Shown: positions 23,620 through 37,287, counted from the first letter of the stretch. The stretch is 64,000 bases of DNA from Chrysemys picta bellii (GCF_011386835.1 NC_088792.1:68076001-68140000); one strand, 5' to 3'. Notes: generated by a model not told the origin, from the sequence alone. Program-made: numbers and translations.

Positions 23620-24793
23620 TGAGTGCTTTGGAAGCTGATCTACACATCTGTCTGAAATAGAGCCATAACCCGATGTTTGTCTTAGACCTAGTTTACCTCT
23701 TAGAAGTTACTTTTGCTGAGTCTTAGGAGACTGACTCGTAAAAAAAAAAAAAAAAAAGCCTGATTTCAGACAAGACTTTTATAGGGTGAGTAAATTACCA
23801 TTTATTATGGAGTATAAACAGCCCATAGGGAAGTACATGCTGAAGATGGGGAGCTCCTTCCTTTAATTATGTAGGTAATAGCTTGGTACTTCCCAATGTT
23901 CTTTCTACTCAAATTCAATTAACTTCAGACTTTGAACATGAGAAGTATTTTACTTAAGATCAGCTCGCCAGAGTCTTCATGTCTTTAATTGAAGATTAAA
24001 AATGTCTTCTAAATTAGAGATGGCAAATACTGATTACATCGACTGGCCCATGCATATGCAAGTGCAGAATTGTTCTCTGCAGTACATTTTCTAGCACTTT
24101 ACCTAGTCTCTTAACAGTTACATGTGAAGTAACTTCCACCATTTCCCTTGGGAAAGCTATGCAACAGTCTAATGCTTGCTATCAGACCTTTTCCTGGCAT
24201 GTAAATGTTTCCATAATTTAATTTTATAACTCATAATTAAACCTTGTTGTAGCAACCGTAAATTATTCCTCTTTCTTGAAATGTTACACCCTTCAGATAC
24301 TTGCCATGGTTAGCCATGCTACACTGTACCATATATAGTTATCTCTTTCAGTCTTTCTTTGAGTTATGACTGTTGTCCAAATTCCTTTCCGTTTGTCTGA
24401 TTTTAATATGCCAAGACCTAAAACAGAACAGCAAATTAAAGTTCTGAATATAAAGTTCTAAATCACTTTTTTTTGCCTCTAATGCCATCATATGTTGAAA
24501 CTTGCATCTTAATAAATTCACTTTTTTAAATGAAAACTACAAAGAACACTAACTGATAGAGGCAGATTCTAAATACATAGGCTAACATTTTCAAAAGTGT
24601 CTCCTAATTTGGGTGCTGAACTTAAGACACCTGGTGCCTGAGTTTTCAGAGTGCTGAGCATGCACAGTTCCAGTTGACGTTTAACCTCTGAAAATTGGAC
24701 CCTCGGTGTTTCCACAAATGAAGGAGCCCATGCTTGAGAAGTTTAGCCTTCATTTCCTTTTAGCCTCCTTGATTTTGTCCTATAGAACTGGAA

Positions 24794-24971
24794 GGGGGGG
24801 AGGGATAGCTCAGTGGTTTGAGCATTGGCCTGCTGAACCCGGGGTGGTGAGTTCAATCCTTGAGGGGGCCATTTAGGGATGGGGGGAACTATCAGGGACA
24901 GTACTTGGTACTGCTAGTGAAGGCAGCAGACTGGACTCAATGACCTTCAAGGTCCCTTCCAGTTCTATGAG
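24794..24971 (+). mobile_element. tRNA-derived SINE with CR1-type tail (tortoise PolIII/SINE type)
   Basis: A box TAGCTCAGTGG (24806), B box GAGTTCAATCC (24849), 3' end ...caaggtcccttccagttctatga shared with CR1. Confidence 0.85.
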
Positions 24972-25682
24972 TTAGGTCTCTCTCTCTCTCTCTCTTTATA
25001 TATATATATATAACAAGGTGGCTTTTGGGGAGCTGGAAGTATGCAGCTAAAGTTTTTGTAATTCCTAGTGCATCAGGTATGGCTAATCTTAGCAGTACTA
25101 GCCACTATCAGAGACTGGATACTTGATTAGGTGGACCACTGGTCAGACCAGTATCACTGGTCAGACCAGTATGGCAGTTCCAGTGACCAGCCAACTAATT
25201 TTCTATGGGGCTTTGTGTGTTCTAGATTTCTATGCTTTTCTTGCTCTGGACCATATGGTTTGAGATCATGTTTTCATATAACATCCTTTTTTGTCTTATA
25301 ATCTTTTAATTGAGGCAGTCGGAAGATGCTCTTTCAGTGAAGTTGATTAGGCTGTGGGAATCAAGAACATTTCATCTCTTCTTTCCTTGCTCTTTAGGTG
25401 GGGGTGTTGGGGCAACTGAGAGAGTATTTCCTGTATTGTTCTGCAGAATCTTCCAGCAGGTGAGCCATGTAACTCCAGTATTGGTGCCTGTATAGTTTGC
25501 TGTCTAATTCTCTTGTATATGAATGAGTGTGTATGATCACAGAGAATGGTTTTGGTGGAGAGAGAAATAAAGGGATGTGGTAGTGGAGAGATGTCATCTC
25601 TTGCATTGTGTAAATCCAGTGGATTGACTCAGATCAGTCTCATAACCACACCATAAATAAGCTAAAGGGAGCAGGAATTTAG

Positions 25683-26763
25683 ACATATAGACTTGAAGGC
25701 CAGAAGGGACCATCATGATCTCCTAATCTGACATCCTGCAAACTGCAGGCCACAGAACCTTGCACACCCACTCCTGTAATAGACCATAACCTCTGGCTGA
25801 ATTACTGAAGTCCTCAAATCATGGTTTAAAGGCTTCAAGTTACAGAGAATCCATCAATTACACTAAATTAGACTTGCAAGTGACCCGTGCCCCATGCTGC
25901 AGAGAATGACAGGGCCTGGGGGGGTTTTCACCTATCTGACCCAGGGTAAAATTCCTCCCTGACCGAAGACATGTTGATCAGTTAGACCCTGAGCATATGG
26001 GCAAGACATACTAGCCAGACATCTGGGAAAGAATTCTCTGTAGTCACTCAGAGCCCTTCCCATCTAGTGTTGGAGATATTTGATGCTGGCAGTTGCAGAT
26101 CGGCTACATGCCATTGTAGGCAGTGTCATCATACTATCCCTTCCATAAACGTATCAAGCTCAGTCTTTAAGCCAGTTAGTTTTTTCGCCCCCACTGCTCC
26201 CTTTGGAAAGCTGTTCCAGAACTTCCCTCTTCTGATGGGTAGAATCCTTCATCTAATGTCAAGCCTATACTTGTTGCTGACCAGTTTATATCCATTTGTT
26301 CTTGTGTCAGCATTGGGGCTTAACTTAAATAACTCCTCACCCTTCCTAGTATTTATCCCTCTGATGTATTTATAGAGAGCAATCATATTTCCCCTTAGCC
26401 TTTTTTCAGTAGGCTAAACTAGTCAGGCTCTTTGAGTCTCCTCTGATAAGATAGATTTCCATTCCTCGGATCATCTTAGTAGCCCTTTTCTGCACCGTTC
26501 CAGTTTGAATTCACCTTTCCTAAACATGGGAGACTGATAAGTCCCCAGTTTATAACAGAAATTCTTGTTAGTCCCTAAGTGTATGACTTTGCACTTTCTA
26601 TTACTCCAGTTTTCAAGGTCATCCGGATCTTTTTTGTATGATATTCCAGTCCTCTTCCGTATTGGCTATACATCCCAACTTTGTGCCATCTGCAAATTTT
26701 ATTTGCACACTGCCACTTTTTGTGCCAAGGTCATTAATAAAAATGTTAAGTAAGATTGGGCCC
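25683..26763 (-). mobile_element. CR1 LINE, 3' portion with internal deletion
   Basis: CR1 3' end at low coordinates. Antisense RT motif (ADGTKLGC, cf. ADDTKLGG) at ~26670-26695. Confidence 0.8.
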
Positions 26764-27240
26764 ATGCCTGCAGAAGGTCAACGTCAGCAAAATGTGTCGT
26801 GGCCCACAATCAGATTACCCTGATGGGCCCCTTGTGGCCCATGGGCTTCAGGTTGCCCACCACTGCATTAGAGGATTATAAGGAAAAAGCAGACCCACTC
26901 TTGTGTAGGAGCGCCTATGTTGAGAAAAACTTTGTAGTTGTATTAGTTCTAGGGACAATCTGATTCTCAGAGAGAGACAAGAAATGATCCAGAAATTATC
27001 TAATCTGTAATTATTCCTTTGCTAAAGACTAATTGTTCTTTTGAATGGGAGTGGTGTGACTATTGATAGTGCTGAATGAGCAACCATGTGGAATGAACTT
27101 GGTTTCATAAGAAGTATGGGCAGATGTTTAATATATATGTTTTTCATATAATGTATGAAGCAAATTGGGATTTTGAAAAATACTGTGTAGAGTAGAACCT
27201 TTGTTGTTAGTGCAAATATTCAAGAGACTTCTGTAGCATT

Positions 27241-28268
27241 TAGGGGGATTGATTTAAATCAAAGTGGTATAAATCACTGATTTCAATCTTTTAATCAGCA
27301 AGCAGGCAACCTTGATTTAAGTCATTGATTTTAATCGTGTTTTGCATTTGTGCATCTTAGTTATTTTTCTAAAGAGAGGTTGATGCTCATTTTGTCAGGT
27401 AACCATTAAAACATGTTGATTTGCAACTAAATATAGCTTTTACACTAAATTTGGTGTTTCTTTTTGCTAACCAGGAGAATACACTATATCTATACAAATT
27501 TATTTAAGCAATTATATAGCTTATCTTTTTACTAGATTAATTTTTTGCTTGCAATTTGTGTTGAGCTCTATTTGGATAGAAATTAAATTTCAATTAAATA
27601 CACAAAAGCAGCATTTAAAAAAAATAAAACTAAATGTGTTGGATACATAAGTGGAAAAGGTTATCAAAACATATTTTGCATTTAAAACTATAACTGATTT
27701 ATTACATAACAAAAGTATCTGCAGTTAGTGAATTGAACTGTTTGTATCTGATTACTAGTTGTAACATCTAGATGGACATTGTGGAGCTCCACCTTTCACC
27801 CTAGTTTCTGTTCGTAGATTGGTAGAGGAAAAACTGGTTTTTCAACTCCAAATTGGTTTCTTAACTATGAATCATCTGGTCATTTAATTTATTCAACTGA
27901 ACTAGTTGAATAAATTAAAATGATGAAAGTATTCTCTCTGACTTGCAGAAGAGGCTACTGCTGTTAAATATTGGTTAGCTCTTCAACAAACTCAACTTCC
28001 AGGTGTTTAGCCAGTGATTTCCATCAATTCGGTGGTTTGACTTTCTTTAAAGCTTGGCAGCAAACGTGTACGACTTAATATTTTTGTATTCATTTTTGTA
28101 TATAATTTAAATGGTTGTAGTAGATTATAATAAGTTTAGACATCAACATAGGTTATCAATTTCAAATTTAATTTTGAATAGATTTTATTTTTAAAAAATA
28201 AACCTATTTTTAAAAAATTAACCTGATTTTAATTTAAAATTTTTAAAAATCAATTCTTGTCAATCCTG
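27241..28268. mobile_element. Old AT-rich non-autonomous hAT-like element
   Basis: Termini tagggggattgatttaaatc / ...gtcaatcctg with repeated gatttaaatc subterminal motifs. TSD degraded. Confidence 0.55.
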
Positions 28269-28284
28269 ATAGCCACCTTTCCAT

Positions 28285-28480
28285 GTGAGGATCCCAAAGC
28301 ACTTTACAGACATTAATGAATTTTATGCCCAGCAACATCCCTGTAAGATAGCTTTGTAATATTATCCTCACTTTACAGATGACAAAACTGGGGCACATGG
28401 AGAATAAGTTTCTTGCCCAGGGTGTCTTAGCAATTCTGTGTCAGCTCTGGGAATTGAGTCAGAAGATTCTTAGTTCTGTA
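28285..28480 (+). mobile_element. MIR-like CORE-SINE remnant
   Basis: cactttacagatgacaaaactggggcaca...cttgcccaggg resembles the MIR core. Confidence 0.6.
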
Positions 28481-29700
28481 TGTTAGCCACTAAACATAGT
28501 TCCACTAAATGAAAAATGACTTGTTAATAATGAAAGGCTTATTCCTTGCATACATAGAGGATCAGCTGCCAACAGTATTGATCTCACCAGGTGCCTGTTT
28601 GGGCAAAGAAGGGGATGTTTTCTAGGCAACAGCTGCCACCTGAGTATCCAGGAGCAATCCAGGCTTTAATAAACTTCCTAGACTATAAACTTGTGTGGCA
28701 TTGCCAAAGATCCTCCTCCAAACGTCAGTGCTGATACCACCTTTGCCAGCTCTTCTGTTGCTTTCTTCAATATATCAATACTGCCTCAGTCTTGTCTGGA
28801 CCAAGCCTTGCACAACTGTCATCCAGCCATGACTCTCATTCAGACACCGGTCATGTGTTTCGCTGCACCGTCAGGTCAGAGGTGATGGAGATATAGAACT
28901 GGGTATCATCATATGGAATAAATAGTGCAGTCCACTGCATGGGAAATCTTGGCGCATAGGAGTACCTTCCCTCTGAGACCTCAAAAAGAAAGGAGTGGTG
29001 GCCACTCCAGTAATCTATGCAACCCTGCTAAGGGCTGCAAATGTGTCAAGAAAATTTCACGGCCAATGGTAGCAGCAGGAGCTGACCAATCTAAAACACT
29101 CAGCCTGAACACTTGAATTTCTTCTTCTGCTAGGAGGAGTTCACTGGCGAATATAGGCACTTCAGAATCTGTCCCATATGTAGGCTTAAAATGTGGTTAA
29201 CTGAGATCAAAGAAACCCACGTACTCCATAAATTGTCAAAGTAGTCCTGCTATAACCCTCTTAAGTAACCTTTCTCAAAAGAGGGAAAAGAGATATGGGT
29301 CTGTAGCTAGAAAGAATGTCTGCATCAAGAAAGAGCCTTATACTAGCTCACCTGCTGGTCACTGGGACTCTTTCTTCCCCATTGCTCTAGGGAAGCAATG
29401 TCAATCTAAACCAATAGCAGGCCAGTATTTTCCCACCGGCCATCGTCAGCCTGGAAGGACATAGGCACATCTCCATCTTTTCCCTTTACAGATTAAAAAA
29501 GGAAGAATAATACTTATTTTCCTCAGTAGTTGGTTTAACAACTGATGTTTGTAAAGTGCTTTGAATGCCAAGAAGTAAATAAGTAATAAAGTATTACTTT
29601 CATAATCCAGTGGCTGAAAAAAATCTTAGCATCTTTTACCTTGGTATCTTTAAAAACCCAACCAAATTAGCATCTCTTAATCAAAGCATGTTTTCAAAAA

Positions 29701-30310
29701 GTGTAGGACTGGAAGGGACCTCAATAGGGCATCTAGTCCAATCCCCTACATTCAAGGCAGGACTAAGTAATAAATAGACCAGTGGTTCTCAAACCGCGGG
29801 TCAGGACCCCAAAGTGAGTCGCGACCCGTCGCCAGGGCTGGCTTAGACTTGCTGGGGCCAAAGCCCAAGGGCTTCAGCCCTTGGCGGTGGGGCTCATGTT
29901 ACAGGCTCCAGCCCTTAGCGGTGGGGCTCAGGCTTTGGCACTCCCACCCCGAGCAGTGGGGCTCTGGTGAGCTCAGGCTTTGATCCCCCCTCTTGGGGTC
30001 GTGTAGTAATTTTTGTTGTCAGAAGGGGGTTGCGGTGCATTGAAGTTTGCAAACCCCTGAACTAGACCATTCCTCATAGGTTTCTGCATAACCTGTTCTT
30101 AAAAACCTCCAATGACAGAGATTCCACAACCTCCCTAGGCAATTTGTTCCAGTGCTTAACTACCTTGGCTGTTGGGAAGTTTTTCCTGATGTCCAGCCTA
30201 AACCGCTCTTGTTGCAATTTAAACCCATTTCATCTTGTCCTGTCCTCAGTTAAGGAGAACGATTTTTCATCTTCCTCCTTGTAACAACCTTTTATGTACT
30301 TGAAAATTGT
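29701..30310 (-). mobile_element. CR1 LINE 3' end interrupted by a hAT MITE
   Basis: CR1 3' UTR/ORF2 end in antisense, continuing collinearly on both sides of 29780-30059. Confidence 0.8.
29780..30059. mobile_element. hAT (Charlie-like) MITE
   Basis: TIRs CAGTGGTTCTCAAAC / GTTTGCAAACCCCTG. 8-bp TSD AAATAGAC/AACTAGAC. Confidence 0.82.
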
Positions 30311-32731
30311 TCTTGAAAACTTGAAATCAGTTCCACTTCTCTGCATTCTCCAGTATTTAATTATTCCAGCTGGATTTGCACTGTGTGTCTGTCATGAGCT
30401 ACATGTCTTCAAACTGTTTTTCCTCTGTCTCAGCAATCTGGAACCAAGACTTTCAGGATTCTTATTCATTACAACATTGAAGTCTGAATTGTGTCCAAAG
30501 TTAAGCTATATTATTATTGAACAAGTCTGAGATTGTTTGATAGTAACAGCCATACTTCCTGACGTGTGAAAAAAAAAGTAGACAAGCAGGCCTTCCAGCT
30601 TGTGGAAATGTGAAGACAATGCTGAATTCTTAGGCACATAAGGGCATTTATATTTCTGGTGGATAATAAGACAAAAACGTTCAACTGCTAATGGTACTAA
30701 TTTTAAAATACACTTAAGAGTACAATATGGTGGGACATGATCCAATGCCCACTGAAGTCAACTGGAGTCTTTCTGATCTCAGTGAATGTTGTATTGGGCC
30801 CTTGATAGACCTGTGCTTTCAGTGCCTCTTTAGTTTTATCTGCTTGTTTTACCGACAACATCAAACGTTTACTGCCAGTAGCTCTGCAGAGCTAATTCAA
30901 GCTGTGGAAGAATGAGCTATGTTCTGGAAGGCCTAGTGCATCATCAATGAAAGTGCACCTAAATTCTTATTCCGGAATCTTTATTGTTGTCAATTTTAAC
31001 AAACAGAAGGAACACAGCTTTAACTCTTCAGATCCTAGGTTGAGCTTCTGGTACTCTGGGAGTTGGAAAATCATCTTGCAAACTCGATATGGAAGTCTAT
31101 GTGGAGAAAATTAATCTAGAACACAAAAAGATCCATTTTTATAGGGTTAGTTTTGTGACCATAACAAAATGTAAAACTCCTGTAACGAAAGATACCCTGT
31201 TGCAGTATCAGCAATTTGTCAGCCATCTATTACTATTAGCCAGCCCTTCACGATAACCTTCTGATGGCTGCCTAGCTCAGCATCTTTGGGTCCCAGGTGG
31301 CTAATATATCTTCCAGCAAAATCCTTGCTATCTGACTTTTTAAAAAACTGGGACCTTTTAAATATTAAAGTCTGTTACTGGAAAATGCTATATGCTCTGA
31401 AAGTTTTGATTTCTCATACATTAATACTGATTTTGTTCTGAAAATGCATGCTGTATGCTTGCTTGTTCTACGTAGTGAGAATTGTGACTCATTCTATGTT
31501 TGCTCATCTGTTAGAAAGAGAAATAAGATGTTAATTTAGCAAAAGACTAACTTTTTTTGTAGGGGGGACAATTTATTTAAATACATTTAAAATACAGTTT
31601 ATTTAAAATACATTTTAACCAGCATGTGGGCAGGTACTCTTTGCATATCGCCGCATAGACTGTACAGTCCTTGATTGAGAGGCTGTAATTCAGTTGGACT
31701 CTGGTAATACTGTAACCCATAACAGCCTAGTTGAAATTATTTATGATCAACAGTAGCAGGAGCCCCAGAGTGAATTAGAGGCTGTATTGATGAGAAGTTA
31801 TGTATTATTTAAGTAAGAGTTTCTATGCCATCAAGGGTCTGAAGCAATTAACCAACTGCTCTTCTGTGTTGAATAATCTCCACCTTACTGAGAGCTGCCT
31901 AAAATCAGAAATGACTCTTAAAATTTTTGTGTCTCTCAGCACTCCAACTCCACCCCCGCTTTTACTTAAAAACCTAATTGAGTGTGGTCTGTTCTCCCCA
32001 TATGTACCTGTTACAAAAAGGTGTATGTTTTTCAAATAAAATAAAAGAACAAGGTTGCCAATAAATGGCAAGCTTTCTAAAAAGTATCTCTCGTAATTTC
32101 CTATGTGATTCATATACTCATTATCTAGAATACTGCAGAAACTTAAGTAAGAAATCAGCTTAATTTTTTTCCCCTTTCATCTCATCTTATTAGCCTGGTT
32201 CTATAGAACTGCTTGTAAATGGAGTGGACCTGTGCATCTGTTTTTGCCTGTAGTTTTAGGAGTCAGGGATTGTAGAGTTATTGGCATGCTGATTTGTGTT
32301 TGGCTGTGAGTGTAGTTTAAACAGTTTGTGACAGGCACTATCACTAGAGCGTCAGGGTTTTTTCTAAACAACATGGGAGCTTGAGCTGCCTTCTGTAGGC
32401 TTGACTGAGGAAATTAGTCTGTCTGTAGCTTAATACTCAGCAAGGGATGATAATTTCTTCCACTAAATGTTCTCATCTGATTTTCGCCTGCATCTCACAA
32501 ATCCAGCAGGGCTGTAGGAAAAGCCTGCAATTGCTGCCAAAGGCTGCTGTGGTAAAGCTCAGTAAAAATCTCTATGGAAATTAGGTTAATTGAGCTTTAA
32601 CCATCTTGAGTATCTCTTGTTTGGGCTTTCCTTGTATAGATTCCCACAAGAAATCCACATTGTTGTTGGACTAAAGAAATGTGTGTTCTATGAAAGATTA
32701 AATCACTGAAAAATGCAGTTTTGCTTTGCAG

Positions 32732-32848
32732 GCTGGCAGCCTCGATGGTTTCTTCTCTGTGGTGGTATCTTGTCATATTACGACTCTCGGGAAGATGCCT
32801 GGAAGGGTTGTAAGGGAAGCATCCAAATGGCCGTGTGTGAAATTCAAG
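32732..32848 (+). CDS. PLEKHA8: PLEKHA8 exon 2 (PH domain)
   Basis: ttgctttgcag|GC. (G)[38 protein letters not shown](V). Donor G|GTAACT. 117 nt. Confidence 0.97.
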
Positions 32849-33839
32849 GTAACTAAGGAACTTCAGAACCTGTTGCACAAATTTCTTACTCCCTTATAGA
32901 TCTTAAATATCATTTTTTGTGATCTGACATGTCTTGTATCATGATTTCTTCTCCTCCTTCCACTCCCATATCACAACATGAATATAACCTCTATTAAACT
33001 TTAAAATAATTAAATAAAGAACAAAGTATTCCAAGAACTATAAACGTCTAGTATGATGGGTATGCTGCATGTTGGCATAACACTTTAATTTCTTTTGTGA
33101 GCCATGGTGTAGGGGCTCACAGGTCCAGCTAAATGTTCCCTGGCACAGATCTAAAACAAGACAATCCACTCTGGCGGTGTAAATCGTAAACAAACTTCCG
33201 CACTTCAACTCTTAATCCATTAGGAGTGAGCAGACTAGTGACAATAATTTTGAGGTATAAATATAGGGAGGAAAACTGAAAGATGGACAGGGATACAGAC
33301 TTGTTGGAGAAGGTTGCTGCAGATCTCCCTTTAACAGTAGAGAGTGTTCCCTTTTACTGACTGCCCCGCACTAGTATAAATCACATCAATATGTGTCATA
33401 CATGTTCTCCCCTCTTCCATTTTTTCCTCTCTCCCTCCCTTTGTTTCGCACTTCTTTCTCATTGTATTGTAGCCCTCAGCTGGACATGACTGAGAGTTCA
33501 GCATTGCTCTTTTTTTCCCCCTTTTGTTATTAAAGTGGAAGGGATTCCTGTTTCATGGCATGGAACATTCCTTCCCCCAGAGGCTGACAAATTAAATTCA
33601 CTATCCTGGGTCACAAAATGGCAAGTTGGAAAGTTTTTTGACTGTTGATAACTAGCTTTCAAATATTATTTGACCTCAAGTTTTCCCCATACATTTGCAA
33701 GAATCCCAGTATTTTTCTATTGCAAAGTTAGGATGGGTTGGCTGGGTGGGTGTGAGGGAAAGCATGCACCATACTGGAGGGTTTTGACTCAGAAACTGTA
33801 GGGTTTTAATTCAGTGACTTTAATCTGTGTTGCTCCTAG

Positions 33840-33995
33840 TTCACCATGCAGATAGTACTCGGATGGATCTGATTATTCCTGGAGAACAGTACTTCTACCT
33901 GAAAGCCAAAAGTGCAGCTGAGAGGCAAAAGTGGCTGATTGCACTTGGAACTGCCAAGGCCTGTCTGACAGACAGTAGGACGCAGAGAGAAAAAG
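33840..33995 (+). CDS. PLEKHA8: PLEKHA8 exon 3 (PH domain)
   Basis: ctcctag|T. (V)HHADSTRMDLIIPGEQYFYLKAKSAAERQKWLIALGTAKACLTDSRTQREK(E). Donor G|GTAAGA. 156 nt. Confidence 0.97.
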
Positions 33996-34078
33996 GTAAG
34001 AACATTCTCTCAGAGCTGTGTCTATCTGGCATTTCTAGCCTTTCTGAACAATGCATTTTTTACTTGTTCTTTATCTCC

Positions 34079-35603
34079 TGTGACAGACTCAGACCAGTGG
34101 GGTACAGGAGTCTGGTAGAGGGCAAATATACTGGTCACTGGATGAGTAGTTTTCTGTTCCCTGAGTGACCAGAGCAGGGGCTGCATTAGAGTAATCAGGA
34201 ACCTGCTAGAACCAATTAAGACAGGCAGGATAATTAAGACACCTGGAGCCAATTAAGAAACTGCTAGAATCAATTAGGACAGGCTAGCTCAGGGGTCTCA
34301 AACACGCGGCCCGCGGGCCGCCAAGCTCCCCGTGACCCACCCCTCCCCGCCCTTCTGCCTACCCGTGGGATTGCCTCCTGATGCTGCAAACACCGCGCTG
34401 CTCTCTGAAGCAGCCGGCAGCACGCCCCTTCGGGCCGGGGGGAGGGGGAAGGAGGCAGAGGGCTCCAGCATTGCCTCCTTCCAGGCACCGCCCCCCACAG
34501 CTCCCATTGGCTGAAAACAGGGAACCGCGGCCAATGGGAGCTTTGTGGGAGGTACCTAGAAGAGCGGCAAGAGCCGCACAAACAGGGAAGCCTGAGCCCG
34601 AGCCCCTCCCCCTCCCCCAGGGGCTGCAGGGACACGGTTCCAGCTGCTTAATGGAACGGAGCAGCACGGAGCCGGGGCCAAGGCAGGCAAGGAGCCTGCC
34701 CTGGCCCCAGTGAGCACCGCTGCCACCCCGGAGCCGCTCTAGGTAAGCGGCACCAGGCTGGAGCTCACACCCTGAACCCCGCCTGCACCCCCAACTCCCT
34801 GCCCTGAGCCCCCTGCCACATCCCACACCCTGCCTGCACCCCAACTCCCTGCCCTGAGCCCCCTGCCACATCCTGCACCCCAACTCCCTGCCCTGAGCCC
34901 CCGCTGCACCCTGCACCCTTTCTGCACCCCCTGGGGGCAGCGTTGGGTTGGGGACTTCAGGGACGGTATTGGAATGGGGCAGGGAAGAGGTGGGGCAGGC
35001 GCGGGGCCTAATTGGAAGGGGTGGAGTGGGGGCGGGGCCAGAGGCAGCGGGTGGGGGGAGGGTTCAGTGATGCGGCCTTCAGGCCAATTCACTAGTCCTC
35101 ATGCAGCTCTCGGGGTCATCTGAGTTTGAGACCCCTGGGCTAGCTAATTAGGGCACCTGAGTTTGTGGTGTGCATGCAAGGAGCTGGGAGCAAGAGGCAC
35201 GAGAAGCTGAGAGTGAGAAGACATATTGCTGGAAGACTGAGGAGTACAAGCGTTATCAGACACCAGGAGGAAGGTCCTCTGGTGAGAATAAGGAAGGTGT
35301 TTGGAGGAGGCCATGGGGAAGTAGCCCAGGGAGTTGTAGCTGTCGTGCAGCTGTACCAGGAGGCACTCTAGACAGCTGCAGTCCACAGGGCACTGGGCTA
35401 GAACCCGGAGTAGAGGGCGGGCCCGGGTTCCTCCCAAACCTCCCAACTCCTGATCAGACACAGGAGGAACTGACCTGGACTGTGGCTTCTACCAGAGGGG
35501 AAGGTCTCTGGGCTGTTTCCCGACCCACATGGTGAATCTGTGAGGCGAGAAAATCCGCCAATAAGCGCAGGACCCACCAAGGTAGAGGAGGAACTTTGTC
35601 ACA
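34079..35603. mobile_element. Solo LTR (~670 bp once the nested MITE is removed)
   Basis: Termini TGTGACA...TGTCACA with exact 4-bp TSD CTCC. Confidence 0.85.
34290..35137. mobile_element. GC-rich hAT MITE nested in the solo LTR
   Basis: Perfect 14-bp TIR CAGGGGTCTCAAAC and exact 8-bp TSD GGCTAGCT. Internal ccccaactccctgccctgagcccc repeats at 34790-34905. Confidence 0.92.
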
Positions 35604-35922
35604 CTCCCCATTTTTTTCTAGGAGTTTTGCAACTGAGGAATGATAAAATCTGTACTCGAGCTAAAGTGTCCAAACCTGGGCAGGAGGCTTTCAGCACCTC
35701 TGAAAATCAGGCCTCATCAGAGATGTAGGACCTTGACCCTAACTCTGACTTTGAACATTCTGATTTTGGTTTATTTTAAATTATGAAAAAACTAATTAAT
35801 CCCCACAGCTACTTAAGCCTTCAAGGATCCTGTGACAGTTAAATAGGGAACACCCAGACTTCTCAAAGGAATGTCTTAAACACACATACACACACTTACT
35901 CTGAGAATGCACATGAGACTTA

Positions 35923-36129
35923 GGCTGTGTCTACACTGCCACTTTCAGCGCTAAAACGTTAGTTGTTCAGGGGTGTGAAAAAACACACCCCTGAGCGACA
36001 AAAGTTTTAGCGCTGAAAAGCGCCAGTATAGACAGCATGTGGCTCCCGGCAATAAAGCTACCACCGCTTGTTCAGGGTGGTTATTTTTATCACCTGGAGA
36101 GCTGTGATGTGGGCAGTGTAGACATATCC
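35923..36129. mobile_element. PIF/Harbinger-type MITE
   Basis: TIRs GGCTGTGTCTACACTGCC / GGCAGTGTAGACATATCC. 3-bp TSD TTA. Internal hairpin. Confidence 0.82.
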
Positions 36130-36522
36130 TTACAGATCATGGGGAAAAACAGCAATTCCCTCCCTCCGTGTCCTCACCACTCCTGAAAGTCTTTTGGTTC
36201 TGAGATCTGCCCGTGTTCGGGCTAGGTGGAGATGCCCTTGTCTCCCTGCAGCAAGTCCCTCTTGCTGCTGGCAGTGGTCAGCAACTTCCACACAGAAACC
36301 TTCCTGCTAATAAGCACAGTCTTGGAGAAGAGTCCCAGTGTGAGGCCCCATGCCCCAGACATCTGAGTTCTCCTGCTCAACACCCTTGTTGAATAGAGGG
36401 TGGGAAAGCAGACAAGAGTCATTAGCAAGTCAGGTTTCAGAGTAGCAGCCGTGTTAGTCTGTATCCGCAAAAAGAAGAACAGGAGTACTTGTGGCACCTT
36501 AGAGACTAACAAATTTATTAGA

Positions 36523-36562
36523 GCATAAGCTTTCGTGGACTACAGCCCACTTCTTCGGATGC
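36523..36562 (-). ncRNA. Putative minimal hammerhead ribozyme motif
   Basis: Exact reverse complement of 37391-37430. Confidence 0.7.
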
Positions 36563-36753
36563 ATATAGAATGGAACATATATTGAGGAGATATATATACA
36601 CACATACAGAGAGCATAAACAGGTGGGAGTTGTCTTACCAACTCTGAGAGGCCAATTAATTAAGAGAAAAAAAACTTTTGAAGTGATAATCAAGATAGTC
36701 CAGTACAGACAGTTTGATAAGAAGTGTGAGCATACTTACAAGGGGAGATAGAT

Positions 36754-37287
36754 TCAATGTTTGTAATGGCTCAGCCATTCCCAGTCCTTATTCAAACCGG
36801 AGTTGATTGTGTCTAGTTTGCATATCAATTCCAGCTCAGCAGTCTCTCGTTGGAGTCTGTTTTTGAAGTTTTTCTGTTGTAATATAGCCACCCGCAGGTC
36901 TGTCACTGAATGACCAGACAGGTTAAAGTGTTCTCCCACTGGTTTTTGAGTATTTTGATTCCTGATGTCAGATTTGTGTCCATTAATTCTTTTGCGTAGA
37001 GACTGTCCGGTTTGGCCAATGTACATGGCAGAGGGGCATTGCTGGCACATGATGGCATATATCACATTGGTAGATGTGCAGGTGAACGAGCCCCTGATGG
37101 TATGGCTGATGTGATTAGGTCCTATGATGATGTCACTTGAATAGATATGTGGACAGAGTTGGCATCGGGGTTTGTTACAAGGATAGGTTCCTGGGTTAGT
37201 GGTTTTGTTCAGTGATGTGTGGTTGCTGGTGAGTATTTGCTTTAGGTTGCGGGGTTGTCTGTAAGCGAGGACAGGTCTGTCTCCCAA
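36754..37287 (-). pseudogene. Penelope GIY-YIG endonuclease domain with Cys/His linker (truncated ORF, no RT)
   Basis: NVIYAIMC..C...MYIGQTGQSLRKRINGH...HF...RETAELELI...GLN is the PLE GIY-YIG signature. Linker YPCNKPRCQLCPH. Uninterrupted frame cut at the inversion breakpoint. Confidence 0.92.

Noticed and set aside
24794-24870. Possible tRNA gene
   Set aside because: It has A and B boxes but no complete cloverleaf or T-run terminator, and it continues into a CR1-type tail. It is a SINE.
33827-34168. ORF-track proteins that extend real exons (also 38952, 40768, 43050, 50232, 14902, 11796)
   Set aside because: Similarity is confined to the exon portions. The extensions are intronic read-through past canonical splice sites.
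34270-35580. Cluster of 60-185-aa ORFs
   Set aside because: Stop-poor GC-rich MITE and LTR sequence, with no gag/pol motifs.
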